Assembly (NCBI GenBank): GCA_035084275.1
Contig: CM068742.1
Location: forward strand, 105,524,001 to 105,588,000
Direction: 5' to 3'
DNA: 64,000 nucleotides
Source of the DNA: Hydrolagus colliei
Lineage: Eukaryota
Position 1 is the stretch's first letter, and each line of letters begins with the position of its first letter. Of this stretch, positions 23,797-36,546 are shown one piece after another. The notes beneath the pieces are model-generated. The model worked only from the letters and a program-made list of their open reading frames with translations, was not told where the DNA came from and did not search any database. A program made the translations under genes and the position numbers.

Positions 23797-23967
23797 NNNN
23801 NNNNNNNNNNNNNNNNNNNNNNNNNNNNNNNNNNNNNNNNNNNNNNNNNNNNNNNNNNNNNNNNNNNNNNNNNNNNNNNNNNNNNNNNNNNNNNNNNNNN
23901 NNNNNNNNNNNNNNNNNNNNNNNNNNNNNNNNNNNNNNNNNNNNNNNNNNNNNNNNNNNNNNNNNNN
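23797..23967. other. Assembly gap (N run)
   Basis: 171 N, lying between a CT-rich tract and the minisatellite. Confidence 0.99.
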
Positions 23968-24465
23968 TCCACCCCATCTCCCCCTCCCCCGCCCCCCCCA
24001 TCTGTCTCTCCACACACCCTCCCCCGCCGCCGTCCCTCTCTCCCCCGCACCCCCTCCACCGCCGTCCCTCTTTCCTCCCAACCCTCCCGCCGTCGTTCCC
24101 TCTCGCCCCCCACACCCCCCGCCACTGTCCCGCTCTCCCCCCACCCCCCCGCCACTGTCCCTCTCTCCCCCCCACCCCCTCCGCCGCCGTCCCTCTCTCC
24201 CCCCCCGCCACCATCCCTCTCTCCCCCCACCCCCCTGCCGCCGTTCCTCTTTCCTCCCATCCCCCCTGCCGCCATCCCTCTCTCCCCCGCCCCCCGCCGC
24301 CGTCCTTCTCTCCTCCCTCCGCCACCGTCCCTCTCTCCCCATCCCCACTCCGCGCCATCCCTCTCTCCCCCCATCCCCCCCACCGCCGTCCCTCTTTCCT
24401 CCCACCACCCCCCCGCCGCCATCCCTCTGCCCTCCCCCAGCCGTCTCTCTCCCCCCCACCACCCT
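23968..24465. repeat. C-rich minisatellite, unit approximately GCCGCCGTCCCTCTCTCCCCC(C)n, inside the hAT element
   Basis: The tandem units are directly visible and generate the spurious Pro-rich and Gly-rich ORFs. Confidence 0.95.
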
Positions 24466-25139
24466 TTGTATACCTGGATATTGTATTCGAGGACTATGAA
24501 TACAATATGGCGGCTTGCACCTCGGTCTGTGCATTGTGTATAGAGATGAGTATTCTGGGTCTTGTAGTTCAGTGTACGCGCATTCCGATTTTTTACCTCG
24601 ATATATCGACTTTTTCAATATATCGATATTTTTTAAATGCCTATGTCGGCATATCGATATGAAAATTATATCGGATATAACCGATATATCGATATATCTC
24701 CGGACCCTAGTAAAACCTGATGTATTTATATCATGTAGTGTGAACACTAAATGTGTTTTATCTCATTATAAATGCACACCATATCTGGAGAGCTTTTTCT
24801 AAGTAAACCCCATACAAAATATCATATATGGAGCCAGCTTCTCAGGAGGTATACAGTACAATATATATTTAAAAAATTATTTGTAACCTACTCTGAGCTA
24901 ACATTCAATATGTCTGGAGTAAGCACATCAAAGTTGTGAATCCTTTTGTGTGGCAATCGCAACTCATCAACAAAAGACTCATTAGTAAAAAACAATAATG
25001 GCATGATGTCTACTCCTTACCCGACCAACTCCTTGCTGTACATTATTGAAACATATCCATGCATTGATTTGAAAGTTATCTTATCCTAACTTTCAGATGC
25101 AGATAGTTTCGCATGGATCAAAGAATGGCTAATTTTACT

Positions 25140-25402
25140 TCTGACTGCTGCCCTGATTGCTCACTGACCGCCTGCCCGGCTCACTCACTCGTTGCTAGTC
25201 TCACTCACTGCCGGTCTGGCTTTCTCTCTCGCTGCCGGCCCAGTTCACTCTCAAGTCCAAGCTCCATTGTGCCCCCTTTCCACCCGCTGGAGAACAACGT
25301 AATAGTGTACATCACAAAGTTAAATGAATATATGTTCCTAATGTATCAGCAACGTAATAACGAAAGAACGTTACAGGGGCAACGTTAAGCGGGGTTTACC
25401 TG
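25140..25402. mobile_element. Partial Tigger-like element (right end only)
   Basis: Ends in TTAAGCGGGGTTTACCTG followed by TA, nearly the same TIR as 41903-41919. The left boundary is uncertain. Confidence 0.6.
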
Positions 25403-25404
25403 TA

Positions 25405-26160
25405 TTTTCTAGAAGGGGAGAGAATAGATAGTGCTAGTGTCCAGAGGGATCTGGGTGTCCTTGTACACCAGTCGCAAAAAGTTAGTGTGCAGATACAGCA
25501 AGCAACTAGGAAAGCTAATGGCATGTTGCCGTTCATTGTAAAAGGGTTAAAATACAAGTGTAAGGAAGTCTTGCTGCAACTCTATAGGGCCTCGGTGAGA
25601 TCGTACCTAGAATATTGTGTGCAGTTTTGGTCTCCTTATTTAAGAAAGGATGTGCTCACTTTAGGATTAGGTGCAGCGTAGATTCAATAGGTTGGTTCCT
25701 GGAATGAGGGGGTTGACCTATGAGGATAGGTTGAGTAATCTAGGCCTGTATTCTCTAGAATATAGAAGAATTAGAGGTGATCTTATAGAAACCTATAAGA
25801 TTCTTAAGGGACATGACAGAGTAGACAGTGGGAAACTATTTTCCCTGGTAGGAGAATCTATAACTAGTTATCACAGTCTTACGATTAGGGACAGGCTTTT
25901 CACAGTTTAGGAAACACTTCTTCACTCAGAGGATAGTGAATTTATGGAATTCTGTATCCTAAAAGGCTGTAGATGCTCAGTCCTTGAACATATTCAAGAC
26001 TGAGACTGACAGATTTCTAATGGATAGGGGGATTAAGGGATATGGGGATAAAGCGGGTAGATGGAGTTAGATTAGAAGATCAGCCATGATCTTATTGAAT
26101 GGTGGGGCAGGCTCGAGGGGCTGAATGGCCTACTCCTGCTCCTAATTCCTACGTTTTTAT
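25405..26160 (+). mobile_element. CR1 3' fragment (second subfamily)
   Basis: KANGML, LLQLYRASVRSYLEYCVQFWSP and RRIRGDLIETYKIL motifs; 3' UTR GGCTGAATGGCCTACTCCTGCTCCTAATTCCTA. Confidence 0.93.
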
Positions 26161-27149
26161 GAGAAAATCTTGACTCTTGCCACTTATGCAATTTTTCTGA
26201 ACGCTCGATGCTCTGTGATCACTCCTAGGTATCTAATGTATGTCAGAAAACAAATGTTAACAATTTTAAAAAATATGTTGCCCTAGTGACACTCACTGAC
26301 CATCACACTCAGTGCTCTCCTAGCTCCTGCACACATATTCATTTTGACAGCTAGGCCCCATTCCACCTTCTTCTGTATTTACCTGTTTTCACTTGTACAG
26401 TACAACAATACAATTTTACTTTAATGTAGCCCTGTTCACATTGGGAGAACGTCTCAAAGTGTTTCACATAATTGACACCCAAGCTGGGGTGGAGGGAGCT
26501 GAGGAAAAGAGGGGTGGAGAGAAAACATGACTCTTTGCGAAATATGCAATGGAAAAGATCTTAAGATGGCTTTAAAGACGGGCTTTGAGGGAGCAATATT
26601 GTGGGATTCCAGGATTCAGTTCCATACAGTGAGGGTAGAATGCCGAAAGATTGCCTACCGATGGTGGATGAGTTGGACAGGAGACATGGAGCACAAGTAT
26701 CTAATCTGTGCCCCTGTGTGTTAGTCACGGTTGATCTCTCAGCACAACATATACTCTCATATCCTTCCGTCTTCACAGGGTATTATATAGCTCCTGAAAA
26801 ACCCTTTCATTACTGCTCCCAGAGCCAGTACAAATGGAGTACATACAGGTAGATAGATTGCAAGTATTAACTGTATTATTCCTTCTTTGATTCATGGGTT
26901 TCAATAAATGTTTAGGATTCCATCTAAAGATGACTTCAAATAATGTTTGGTTTCTTTCCACTCAATTGTTCCCAAATTGACGATGGTGTTTACAGTAGAC
27001 ACATAGCAAGAAAAACACACAGCAATGTGTTTTTCTTCATCATAGACCTCTACATTATCAGTCCCTGTTTTACAAATCAAAACAGTCACATAGTAGCCAG
27101 CCGCAAACAAATAGGATTTAGACTATCACCAACAATCAGTCAACTGATT

Positions 27150-27520
27150 GAGTCCTTTAGCTCAGTGATTAGAACACTCGCCTCGCAAGCAAGAGACTTC
27201 AGTTAGATTCCTGGCAGGGCGAAATGTTGAGCACATTTCCTTACTCCACATGCCACTGTTTACCTAGCCCTTTTACCGGTTGTTGGTCGCTTTTGGTTGA
27301 TTAGCAGATCGCTGTTCCAGGGATAATAAACCCTCAAAACAAGAATAATAATTTGGTCAGGCAATCCACGACTGTTTGTGGGATACTTCTGTATGCAATT
27401 AGCTGCTGCATTTCGCCCACAAATATACAGTCAATTCACTTCACAGTAATGAAGTGATTTGGGATGTCCAGAAGACGTGAAAAGCGCTGTATCAAATGCA
27501 AGGATTATTATTGCTATTAT
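27150..27520 (+). mobile_element. Full-length tRNA/Deu SINE (long variant)
   Basis: tRNA head, extra module CCACTGTTTACCTAGC...GATCGCTGTTCCAGGG, Deu core and (TTA)n tail. Confidence 0.9.
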
Positions 27521-27719
27521 CATAATTGTGCCCAAATTCTTTGTGTAAAACAAATTAATTTTGAGCTATACATTTCCACCCAAATGCTGCTTCATCCAGA
27601 ATTATCTTTGGATGCTCATCTTGCAATTAACACTAGGAGAGCAATGGCACGCTGACAGAGTATGCTGTTATCCAGACAAGTACTGCCATCTTGCAGCGAG
27701 ACATTGAGTGAACGCCAGG

Positions 27720-27955
27720 CAACAACAACAAAATTACATTTATAGAGTGTCTTTCACATCGGGAGGACGTCCCAAGGTTCTGAACAGTCAGGGGTCGGGA
27801 TCTGAGCATGGGGGAGGGGTGGGGTAGGGGTGAGGAGAGGGAGAGTGGTGGGAGGGCGGCAGAAGGCACAATCAAAAAGGAAGGTCTTGAGACTGGCCTT
27901 CAAGGAAGCAAGGGAGGAAGCGAGGCGAAGGGACTGTGGGATGGAGTTCCAGAGA
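27720..27955 (-). mobile_element. L2 3' fragment
   Basis: LWNSIPQSLRLASSLASLKASLKTFLF motif and (CAA)n tail. Confidence 0.9.
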
Positions 27956-29239
27956 GGCACTTCCAGGCACTTAACGACAGAGAGGAATGGAAACTTGGAG
28001 AGAGAGCATCATCACCAGCCACCCTCTAGTAGCCTCCCAAAGTGCAATCTGTGAAGTGTCTTATAAAATAAACAACATAATGTGCAGTTATTTTGGTGAA
28101 CATATAATATAGTCCCTGGCAATGAGTATACTTGGCACTCGTGATAATACTAATGTTTATGTCTCTTTAAGCTCACTTAACACAGTATTATTCATTTAAT
28201 TTCCACAGCAGTTGGAAGGCTCAGGAAGACATCAAACTGAGGCATTAACAGAAATGTGCAGAGATTAGGGCTGCAGCACTTGCTGTGATATTGGGAGTGG
28301 ATGTAGCTGCGTGCAGCGAATACATTAAGCCTCAATATTAAAATGCTGAACAGACGTAGGCTGAAGACTTTTAGAATTCCTTTTCCCAGGATTTAGTGAG
28401 CGGGAGAAAGTTCACTGTGCCATGTGGAATTTAACCTTATGATTGAAAATAGTTTATCACAGATCCATAGTGGCAGTGTTTCCAATTACATTCAAAATAA
28501 CACTATTAATAACAATTACACTCACTAACATTTAGTGCTGGGAAATGATTGAGCCTGCAATCGGCCATTCAATTGCCAAGGGGTTCAGAAATACACTTTT
28601 TATGGAACTGTGTAATAATGCAGAATTTTAAGCTAAAAATAAAAAAGTGTGAATGTGGGAAATGTTAAAAGAAACCAGAAATGATGGGAATGAACAGCAG
28701 GTCAATCAGTATCTGAAATCTGTATAAACAGGTCATAGGAAGTGGCATGTCTGGTTTAATCTTTGAATTGACTGCAGTTAACATCAATTGCTTTGCTCTG
28801 GACTCAAATTACAAAGTGACATCTCAAAATCAATAAAGACGTTCCGTGAGCTCTTTAAAGCACTTTGAAATTTATGTGAATGTGCAAACACACCATATGC
28901 CTTGATAACAGTAGCAATGTGAATTTGTTTTTTCTTCACAATTTCATTCCTGTTTTTTTTTCGCCCCAGCAATTGTGCTCTACCACTCATGCAAGCGCTG
29001 GAATTTATTTTTTCTACTGGGGCACAGTTTTGCATGTGTCAATCACCCTCAAACAAACAGCTATTGCTGATGTGTGATCCATGTCTGATGTGTGATCCAT
29101 GTCAGCGAACTACTTGACTGCAAGGGGCATCAACGGTGCTCTCCTATTTTAGTGGGAAGGCAGCCTGGCATCTAACACATGAGGAAACCCATCCTCAAGC
29201 TTAAGAGTAACCAAACCAAACTGAGGCCTGTAGGGTATT

Positions 29240-29593
29240 AGTTAGAGCTCTAGCCTCACAAGTGAAAGGACTTGGGTTTGATTCCCGGGCAGATCAAAAC
29301 CCTAGACCAAGTTTCTTTACTCCTCACACACGCCTCTGTTTATCCAACAGTAGGTAGGAAAATGGTTGCTAATTAATCACTTTTCTGAGGGTAATAAGAC
29401 CTTAAAAACAATTGGGGCTAATAATGTCTTTAAAAAAATGACTGTTTGTGGAATACTGTTATTCTCCACTGGCTGTCGCGTTTTTCACACTAAATATACA
29501 GTGAATTCACTTCAGAGTATATTCTGTGAAGCACTTGAGATGTTTTGAAGACTTATTAAGACACTATATCGAATGCAATGATTATTATAATTA
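29240..29593 (+). mobile_element. tRNA/Deu SINE (long variant), diverged
   Basis: GGGTTTGATTCCC B box, GCCTCTGTTTATCCAACAGTAGGTAGG module, Deu core and tail. Confidence 0.8.
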
Positions 29594-31317
29594 TCCACAT
29601 ATATGAACCTTCCAACAGGTGTCTTTGGAGAGGCAAAACAGCAGGAATCCTGGCTTTTTACCACACACTGTACTTCCATAAACGTGTCCCCATGGTCAAT
29701 TGTACTATTTCTCCTACTCCCTCTGTACACTGACACAGCACCAATCAGGATCAAAGCTGAAAACGTCTGGCCTGAAGATCTGAAATTCTAGACTAAGCCT
29801 TTAAGATCATTTTCTCTTAAAAATTTAACAACACGCAAGAAAACTCTTCAATTCCATCTTGATTTGGAAGCCGAGTTCCTTTTAAGAATTGTGATAAGTT
29901 GTCTACTGAAGCCACAAATGTAGAACTGATTACTTCATTGCATGCCTTCATCAGCCCTTGACAAAGTAGTCATCATTCATGTTTCAGGAATAGCTAGGTG
30001 AAGTACAAAATTATACTTGCAACCCTGCATGTACCCAGTTAGCCCTCTAAGTAATACCCCAGGGGAAAGGTTGCCAAACAGTATTCATAAAGGCAAGCTA
30101 CTACTTAACCTCCAGAGCTACCCCCAACACACACTTTGCGTTCCCTAAACCTTGGCTCTTGCAAAATTGAGCTGAATACTCTCCAGAATTAGGTGAGTAG
30201 ATTCCCTCCAGGGAATGTACATTCCATTCCAGTCACAGGGAACGTTCCATACTTTTAAGCATGGTGCATTTGGGCATATGTCCAACATCTGACCGGTCAA
30301 AAAAAATAAACGACAGATGCCTACAAGTTTAGTGTAACCTGAATTGCTCATGACCTCCACTCCACCACTATAAGAAGCTTAAAAATTTGGACTGGCAAAA
30401 CATTGACATGGTACATCACCATTGATCAGGAATTTCAATAAAATGCATGATCAGCAGCCTTGTTACAAACCCATGTCACAATGCACAATACAATAGAATT
30501 TATGGACTTACATACAATTATATGTATCTGATCATTCAGTGATACAACTTGCTGGAAAGTGATCCCCTAATCAGAGTTCAGCTAAGTCCTTGTGCGTCAT
30601 TTCCATTGACTGTACATTCCAGGGGTTGTGATATACTTGAACAGGAATGCAACATTTTACCATAACTCTCAGTATTCAAAGCTAACACAAGTTAATGTGG
30701 ATCTCAAGCATGTGGCAAAATTCACAAAGTGGCTAGATTTTTGTTTAAAAAAAAACATTATTCTACCAATCCAATCTTAAATGTATACAAAAGAAAATTA
30801 CATTTGTACATTTGCATACTGCCTGTCATGTCAGGAAGATGTCCCAAGTGGCTGGTGATAGAGTGATCAAAGTTGAATTATTTCAGTAATAATAATAATG
30901 TTGTTGAGACATTTCAAAGCGCTTCATAGAATATATTGTGGATTGACTATATTTTGTGGGCAAAATATTGTATTCATATTACATATTATGATACAATATT
31001 ATATTGTATTATGTTGTATTAATAATACATTTATTTTATATAATAAAATATTGTATTAATAATGCATTTCATAAGGTGGTCATTCAAACCAGAAGGACAT
31101 CTCAAAACACATTAAAGGATTTTACCATAAAGTGCAGTGATGTATATTTTGAAGGTAAATGCGACAGTCATTTTGCATATAGCAATGTCCCACAAATAGT
31201 TCCCCACTACTCATTGGGGTTTCTACATTATTTCCACTTGTGCTAATGACTTAATTCCTTTCCTGACCAAAACTCCTCTTTAGCTGGTTTCTGGGGACTG
31301 GGTGATTTTTTTTGTGT

Positions 31318-31830
31318 TCAACCAAGCGTTTGACACTTGCTGAAACCCATCACCATGCTTAAAGGCATCCAAACTGGAGTTGCATCACATCTACACATGG
31401 AAATTCCAGAGATATTTAATTTAATGGAATGCGCACTCTCTCCCTTGCAGGATGCATCTTACTTACCCAATTCCTGATAAGAACCAAGGCTTGGGGACCC
31501 CAGAGTATGGCTCGAGTCTAACCAGTTTAAAACAGCATAGCTTATCATTGAGAGCACTGCTTGGCAAGCTTTCTCACTCCTTGTCCAGCTATGACTAACC
31601 TACATGATAGAGCTTTGGCTTGCTGGGTTAACAGAAGCTGAATGGGAACTGGTGACCAGTGACTGCTCTACCCTTGCAAGTCCTGCCGATGAGTCAGACT
31701 GGCTGTGCTGTCATCAGCAGTGCCTCGGAATACTATGGACAGCCTTGCCTCAGTAACCAGACCACTAAGACCACGACAAAGAGTTGGCTTGATTCTAGTA
31801 TTCCGTTGCCAAACGTGTAAGCCAGCTGAG
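31318..31830 (+). repeat. Unclassified interspersed repeat of about 550-600 bp ('family U')
   Basis: Colinear with 62298-62637 plus 63260-63470, and with the reverse complement of 44840-45565. Fragments at about 11078-11145, 29158-29228 and 30180-30300. Confidence 0.85.
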
Positions 31831-32064
31831 CTCCAAGGCGACCATTTCTTGGAGGAGAGTGAGGATGCGTGGGCAACAGATCCCACTCTTTACAATTCTG
31901 AGAGGTCTAAATGATTTAGATCTAAACCAGCTATTTGACTTGAACCAACTATTTTACTTGAAACTTAAGCATGGAAATTTAGAGCACACGAGTAACCATT
32001 TTGCACATTTCTATGCTGCTGCTCGCTCCCTCACCTGAGTTTTTCTTTTCTTAACTGAGGTTAT

Positions 32065-32290
32065 AGTGCAGGCTGATGTTCCAATGCAGGACTAGGGGAG
32101 CAGAAGTGCCAGCCTTCGGATGAGACATCAAAATGTTCAGGAGGATCCCATGGCACTATTCAATAAAAGAAGAGAGTTTCTCCCAATGTCCTGGACAGCA
32201 ATCCTCCAGATAAAACTGGTCAATTACTGTAGGCCTGTTTGTGGGACATTGCTGTGCTGAATTCATCTGCTGTGTTCACCTACAAATTCA
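32065..32290 (+). mobile_element. SacSINE1-like DeuSINE central fragment
   Basis: CTTCGGATGAGAC..GATCCCATGGCACTATT..TGTTTGTGGGACATTGCTGTG. Confidence 0.75.
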
Positions 32291-32311
32291 TAGTCTGTAC
32301 AGCTCACCATC

Positions 32312-32480
32312 AATCATAGAATCATAGAATTTTGCGGCACAAAAGGAGGCCATTCGGCCCATCTGGTCTGTGCCGGTTGTTTGAAAAGAGCAACTCAATC
32401 CCACTGCCCAGCTCTCTCACCATAACCTAACAGACCTGTTCTCCCTAAATAAAGATCTAATTCTCTTTTAAAAGCTGTCT
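32312..32480 (-). mobile_element. CR1 3' tail fragment
   Basis: TCATAGAATCATAGAA tail followed by GGAGGCCATTCGGCCCATC, the reverse complement of 1985-2038. Confidence 0.85.
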
Positions 32481-34122
32481 GTGGAGTTTTTCGAGACGTT
32501 CTCGATATTATCGGTACAACAACAACAAAATTACATTTATAGAGTGCTTTTCATGTTTGGAAGATGCCTCAAGATGTTGGTACTATGTGAAGTTCAAGAA
32601 TTATTATTGTTTTCATTTCCCAGCTCTTTTCCATACCGTTTTGGGACATTTTGTTTTCAATACTTATCAAATTCCATTTTTTTTAAGTACGTCGTTACTA
32701 CAAGTAATCTGGAAAGAAAGAACTCAATCCAGAACTGCCTCTGGAAACAGAATGCAGGGATGTGGCAGGTTTGCAGTCAAGGCATGTTCATTGCTCAACA
32801 GGCCTTAGGTAATAACACTTAAGCTTGATTCTGCATTGCCTAAAATACTGCAGACTGACAAGAATCCAATAGGTAAATTCCCCTGTGCAGTGAAAGTGTT
32901 GTGAAATACCTTCTGCTAAATCTTACCATAATTTAAAAGGTCTGGGCATATGATTTTCCTCTCTTTTGTTTCGGAAACAATCCTGCACAATCGACAACAA
33001 CTAAGCAACCAATAAATCTGTGTGTTACAGGAATTCTATGGGGTTCATCACACTCACTTGGAGTCATCTTGATATATTCTCTGACACAAAAGCTTTTCAG
33101 CACTTTTCCCTAAGATTGTCTAATTGATGGGTACGGTAAGATATTATTAACTCAATAGCTGACAGTAGCTTTCAGTTCAGTCAACGCCTTCAGTTATGAG
33201 CAAGAAGTGCTTTGAATTGTCACTAAATCATCAAAAGTAAATGAATAACAACAGATTTCTTGTTTTTTTCTATGACCACACGAGTGGCTCGAGATTGGAA
33301 GCTCACTTGCTCAAAGACTGTGTTTTTTAATGCAGCAGTATAAGGGTCATTTTTTAAAAATGCGTCACATTTTAATGTATTGTTTAATAACTCAGTAACA
33401 TGGAAAATGCATATATATTGTACTCATTTTATTATTTTTAATGTTATTTTTTGTTTTATTCCTTATTTTTGTTAAAATTACCATTTTCCCTCCTGGCAGG
33501 TATTACATCTAAGATACCTTATGCCAACAGGTGTATCATTCAGTTGGTTTCTGATTGTATAGAAGGAGACCATTTAGCCCATTGATTAATACATGAAATA
33601 TCACACTTTTCGCCCCACAGGAACACAGCAGGCTTGAAAAAGACCATTGCAACCTATCTGTCCAAAACTGAAGTAACTAAATGAAAAAATTAATTAAATG
33701 ATCCCCTGTCTAGCTTGAGCTCCCAGTCAGCTTAGTGAAGCAGTTTGAAATATCCTCCCAATGAGAAAGGTACTATATAAATGCACATTGATGTTTTTGT
33801 AGACTTTCCCATTATGGCACACAGTTCTGAACTCTGGTGCAGCGTCATGTTGGAAAGACTGACCTATATTTTGCTTTCAGATGCTCTGCATCAAATAAGT
33901 TGCAAACTTTGTCCCTTGTGTGTGGACAAATTCTACGCTATTGTCTGGCTCAGCTCGAGCTCTGGTTTGCAGACATTATTATTGCTACAGGATTGAGTAC
34001 TTTCTCAAATAAAAGCTACAGTCAAATTCCTTATACTGTATATTGTAATTATGGAGACTGAATCAGTCAGTAGTTTCCCATTAGAATTCTTAATTAACAG
34101 AACCACTAGGTGATAGAACTTT

Positions 34123-34415
34123 GGAGACTTTTAACTCAGTGGCTAGAGCACTCGCATTACAATGTTCAATTCCTGGCAGGGCGAAACCTTGGGCAAGTTT
34201 CCTTATTCCACACGACTGATAATAATCTCTCAATATATATTTTTTTAATTGGTCACTTCAATCCATGAGTGTTTGTGGGACACTGCTGTGTGCAATTGGC
34301 TCCCACATTTCTCCCACAAATATAGTCAATTCATTTCACAGTATATTTTGTGAAGCACTTTGAGATGTCTAGAAGATGTGAAAAATGCTAAATCAAATGC
34401 ATGAATTATTATTAT
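34123..34415 (+). mobile_element. tRNA/Deu SINE (short variant)
   Basis: Head, CCTTGGGCAAGTTTCC, Deu core and tail. Confidence 0.9.
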
Positions 34416-35094
34416 CACAGAGATGGTGATTTTGTTGTTCTTGTTCTCTGTATCACAGCCTCTTTGATACAGAAGCTTGAATGAAAGACTGCTCACTCTT
34501 CTCAGTTCCCAAGGCAGAATGTTCCAAAGCAGTACCTACCTTTAGGCTGCTTATTTATTCCCTTGTTTCTTCTCACTTTTGCGCAGCCAATTGTGCAGTT
34601 GTGTCCCACAAACAGTTGTGGATTGAGTGAACTTTTTAAATATATATATATTATATCTGAAATTCCAAACAATATTTCTATTAGGTTCTGGTATTTATTT
34701 TGATGAATCACAGCTTTAATCTTATCAAAAAGATATTCATTTCATTACAGTTTGTATCCTTTCACTGTACATGAGAGAAAGTGAGCACTGAGTCCCCGTT
34801 CTGCCAGTTCATTAGTTATTAATGGATGATCTTTCAATCCCAATCCTTTTCACCATAACCTACCTTCACAAGTATCTGTGTAGCTCTCCTTTGAATATCG
34901 CTAATCATTCAGCATCCATGGACTTGCAAGGCAGTGCAATCCACATAATCACACAATTCTCTGCAGGGTCACAACCCCCACATAAGATAAAATCTTCTCT
35001 GATTTCACTTCCAACTCTCCTAGTTCTAATATTAAGGTGATGTCTGATTTGGCTCCCTCCAACAGAGGGAAGAGTCATTCACTATCTAGCATAT

Positions 35095-36095
35095 AATTGG
35101 AGGCCAAGAACCCCAGGTTCCTCTGCTCTGTCACCAAATGGCTCCTCCGCCCACCGCCTCACTCCTCACCCATTCACACTTCCAATGCCAACTGCGAGGC
35201 AATGCTGAACTTTCTGAAATCTAAAGTCAAGGATATCCACTCAACTAACGCTGATCTTCAGTCTATTATCCTCTCCCCATCTCCCACTCTTTCAAACCTG
35301 TCTCCCACTTCACTCTCATCATCACTTTAACCCACAGTAAACCGACCACCTGCTCCCTCAACCCTATCCCTACTCCACTTCTTAGCTCCCAGCTCCACTG
35401 CCTTGTCCCTCTACTCACAGACATCATTAATCTCTCCCTCTCCATTGGCACTATTCCCAAACCTTTAAAAACTTCTGTCCCTAAAAAAACCCTCCCTGGA
35501 CCCATTTCTGCTCTCAAATTACCACCCCATCTCCAAAATCCCTTTCCTCTCCAAGGTCCTGGAATGAGTCATAGCAACCCAGCTTTGCTCCTTCATCTCC
35601 AGCTCACTTCCATCACAACCCCTTCCATTTGGTTTCCATGCCGCACAAACTACAGAAACAGCTCTAGTCAACATGACAAACAACATTCTGTTTATTTGCA
35701 ACCTTTAAAGCCCTCCACGGTCTCGCTTGCCCCTATCTCTGCAACCTCCTAAACCCCTACAAACTTGCCCACTCCATCCATGCAGCAGGCTCCGGCCTGC
35801 TTTATATTCCCTCGCCTTGCCCAGTCCACCATTGGCAACCGTGCCTTCTGCCACTCTACCTCACCATCTGGAAATCCATCTAATAGTCCCTCTGCCTCGC
35901 CCCATCCCTTGACTTCTTCAAGACCCACCTCAAGGGCCTCCTATTCGACCGTGAATTCAATCAACCTCCTCTCACCTGCCTTCCATTCTTCCCAACCCCT
36001 AACCCCAGCTCAGGTCTGGTATACTGTCTATCCAGTGCCTTGGGATGTCCTCCCAATTTGAAAGGCGTTATAAAAATGTAATTTTGTTGTTCTTG
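35095..36095 (+). mobile_element. Degenerate L2 with an internal deletion of most of the RT core
   Basis: CEAMLNFLKSKVKDIH, PTTCSLNPIPT, FLSKVLE and TETALV motifs, then a jump to TFKALHGLA and the L2 tail. Confidence 0.85.
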
Positions 36096-36294
36096 TTCTC
36101 TGTATCTCTTATTGGCTAACTTGGAACCACCACCCCTATCACCCCCACCCATGTTATCATTGGTGACCATGCTTTCAGGTTTTACATCTTTAACCCTGGA
36201 ATTCCCTTCCGCATTTCCTCCTTCCCACTCGCTCTCTATCTGTCATCCTATCCCATCTCATAACCTACCTCTTCAACGATGTCTATGGTTCCAT

Positions 36295-36546
36295 CTGCCT
36301 GTTCAGGTAGATGTTAAAGATACCATGGCACTATTTGAAATAAGAATGACATTTCTCCCCCAAATAAGATTGGGCATTCACTTCATGGGGGTACGTGAGT
36401 CACTGCTGTGTGCAACTTGGCTGCCGTGTTTGTCCACAGTACAATACAGTCACTCGACATTTCAGCAAATACTATATTGCACTTTGAGAAATCTTGATGA
36501 CCATAAAAGATGCTATACCAAATGTAAGTATTATTATTATTATTAT
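36295..36546 (+). mobile_element. SacSINE1-like DeuSINE 3' part
   Basis: CAGGTAGATGTTAAAGATACCATGGCACTATTTGAA, Deu core and (TTA)n tail. Confidence 0.7.

Larger units (their letters stand above)
23547..24709. mobile_element. Non-autonomous hAT-type DNA transposon, young
   Basis: Termini TAGGGTC...GACCCTA, a perfect 8-bp TSD GTAAAACC (23539-23546 and 24710-24717), and subterminal GATATATCG/ATCGAT arrays at both ends. Confidence 0.9.

Noticed and set aside
23508-24747. Several 200-350-aa Pro-rich or Gly/Arg-rich ORFs on both strands
   Set aside because: They arise from a stop-free C-rich minisatellite and read through the N gap; they are not genes.
29067-29102. 18-bp perfect tandem duplication (similar cases near 19975-20010 and 40600-40640)
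   Set aside because: These are ordinary two-copy slippage duplications with no spacers, so not CRISPR-like arrays.
30960-31070. Very AT-rich tract; also (GATAT)n-like run at about 40770-40820
   Set aside because: Low-complexity simple sequence without further structure.
33480-33535. Acceptor followed immediately by GT (CCTGGCAG|GTATTA) as a second recursive site
   Set aside because: The reconstituted donor GTATTA and the downstream donor are weak.
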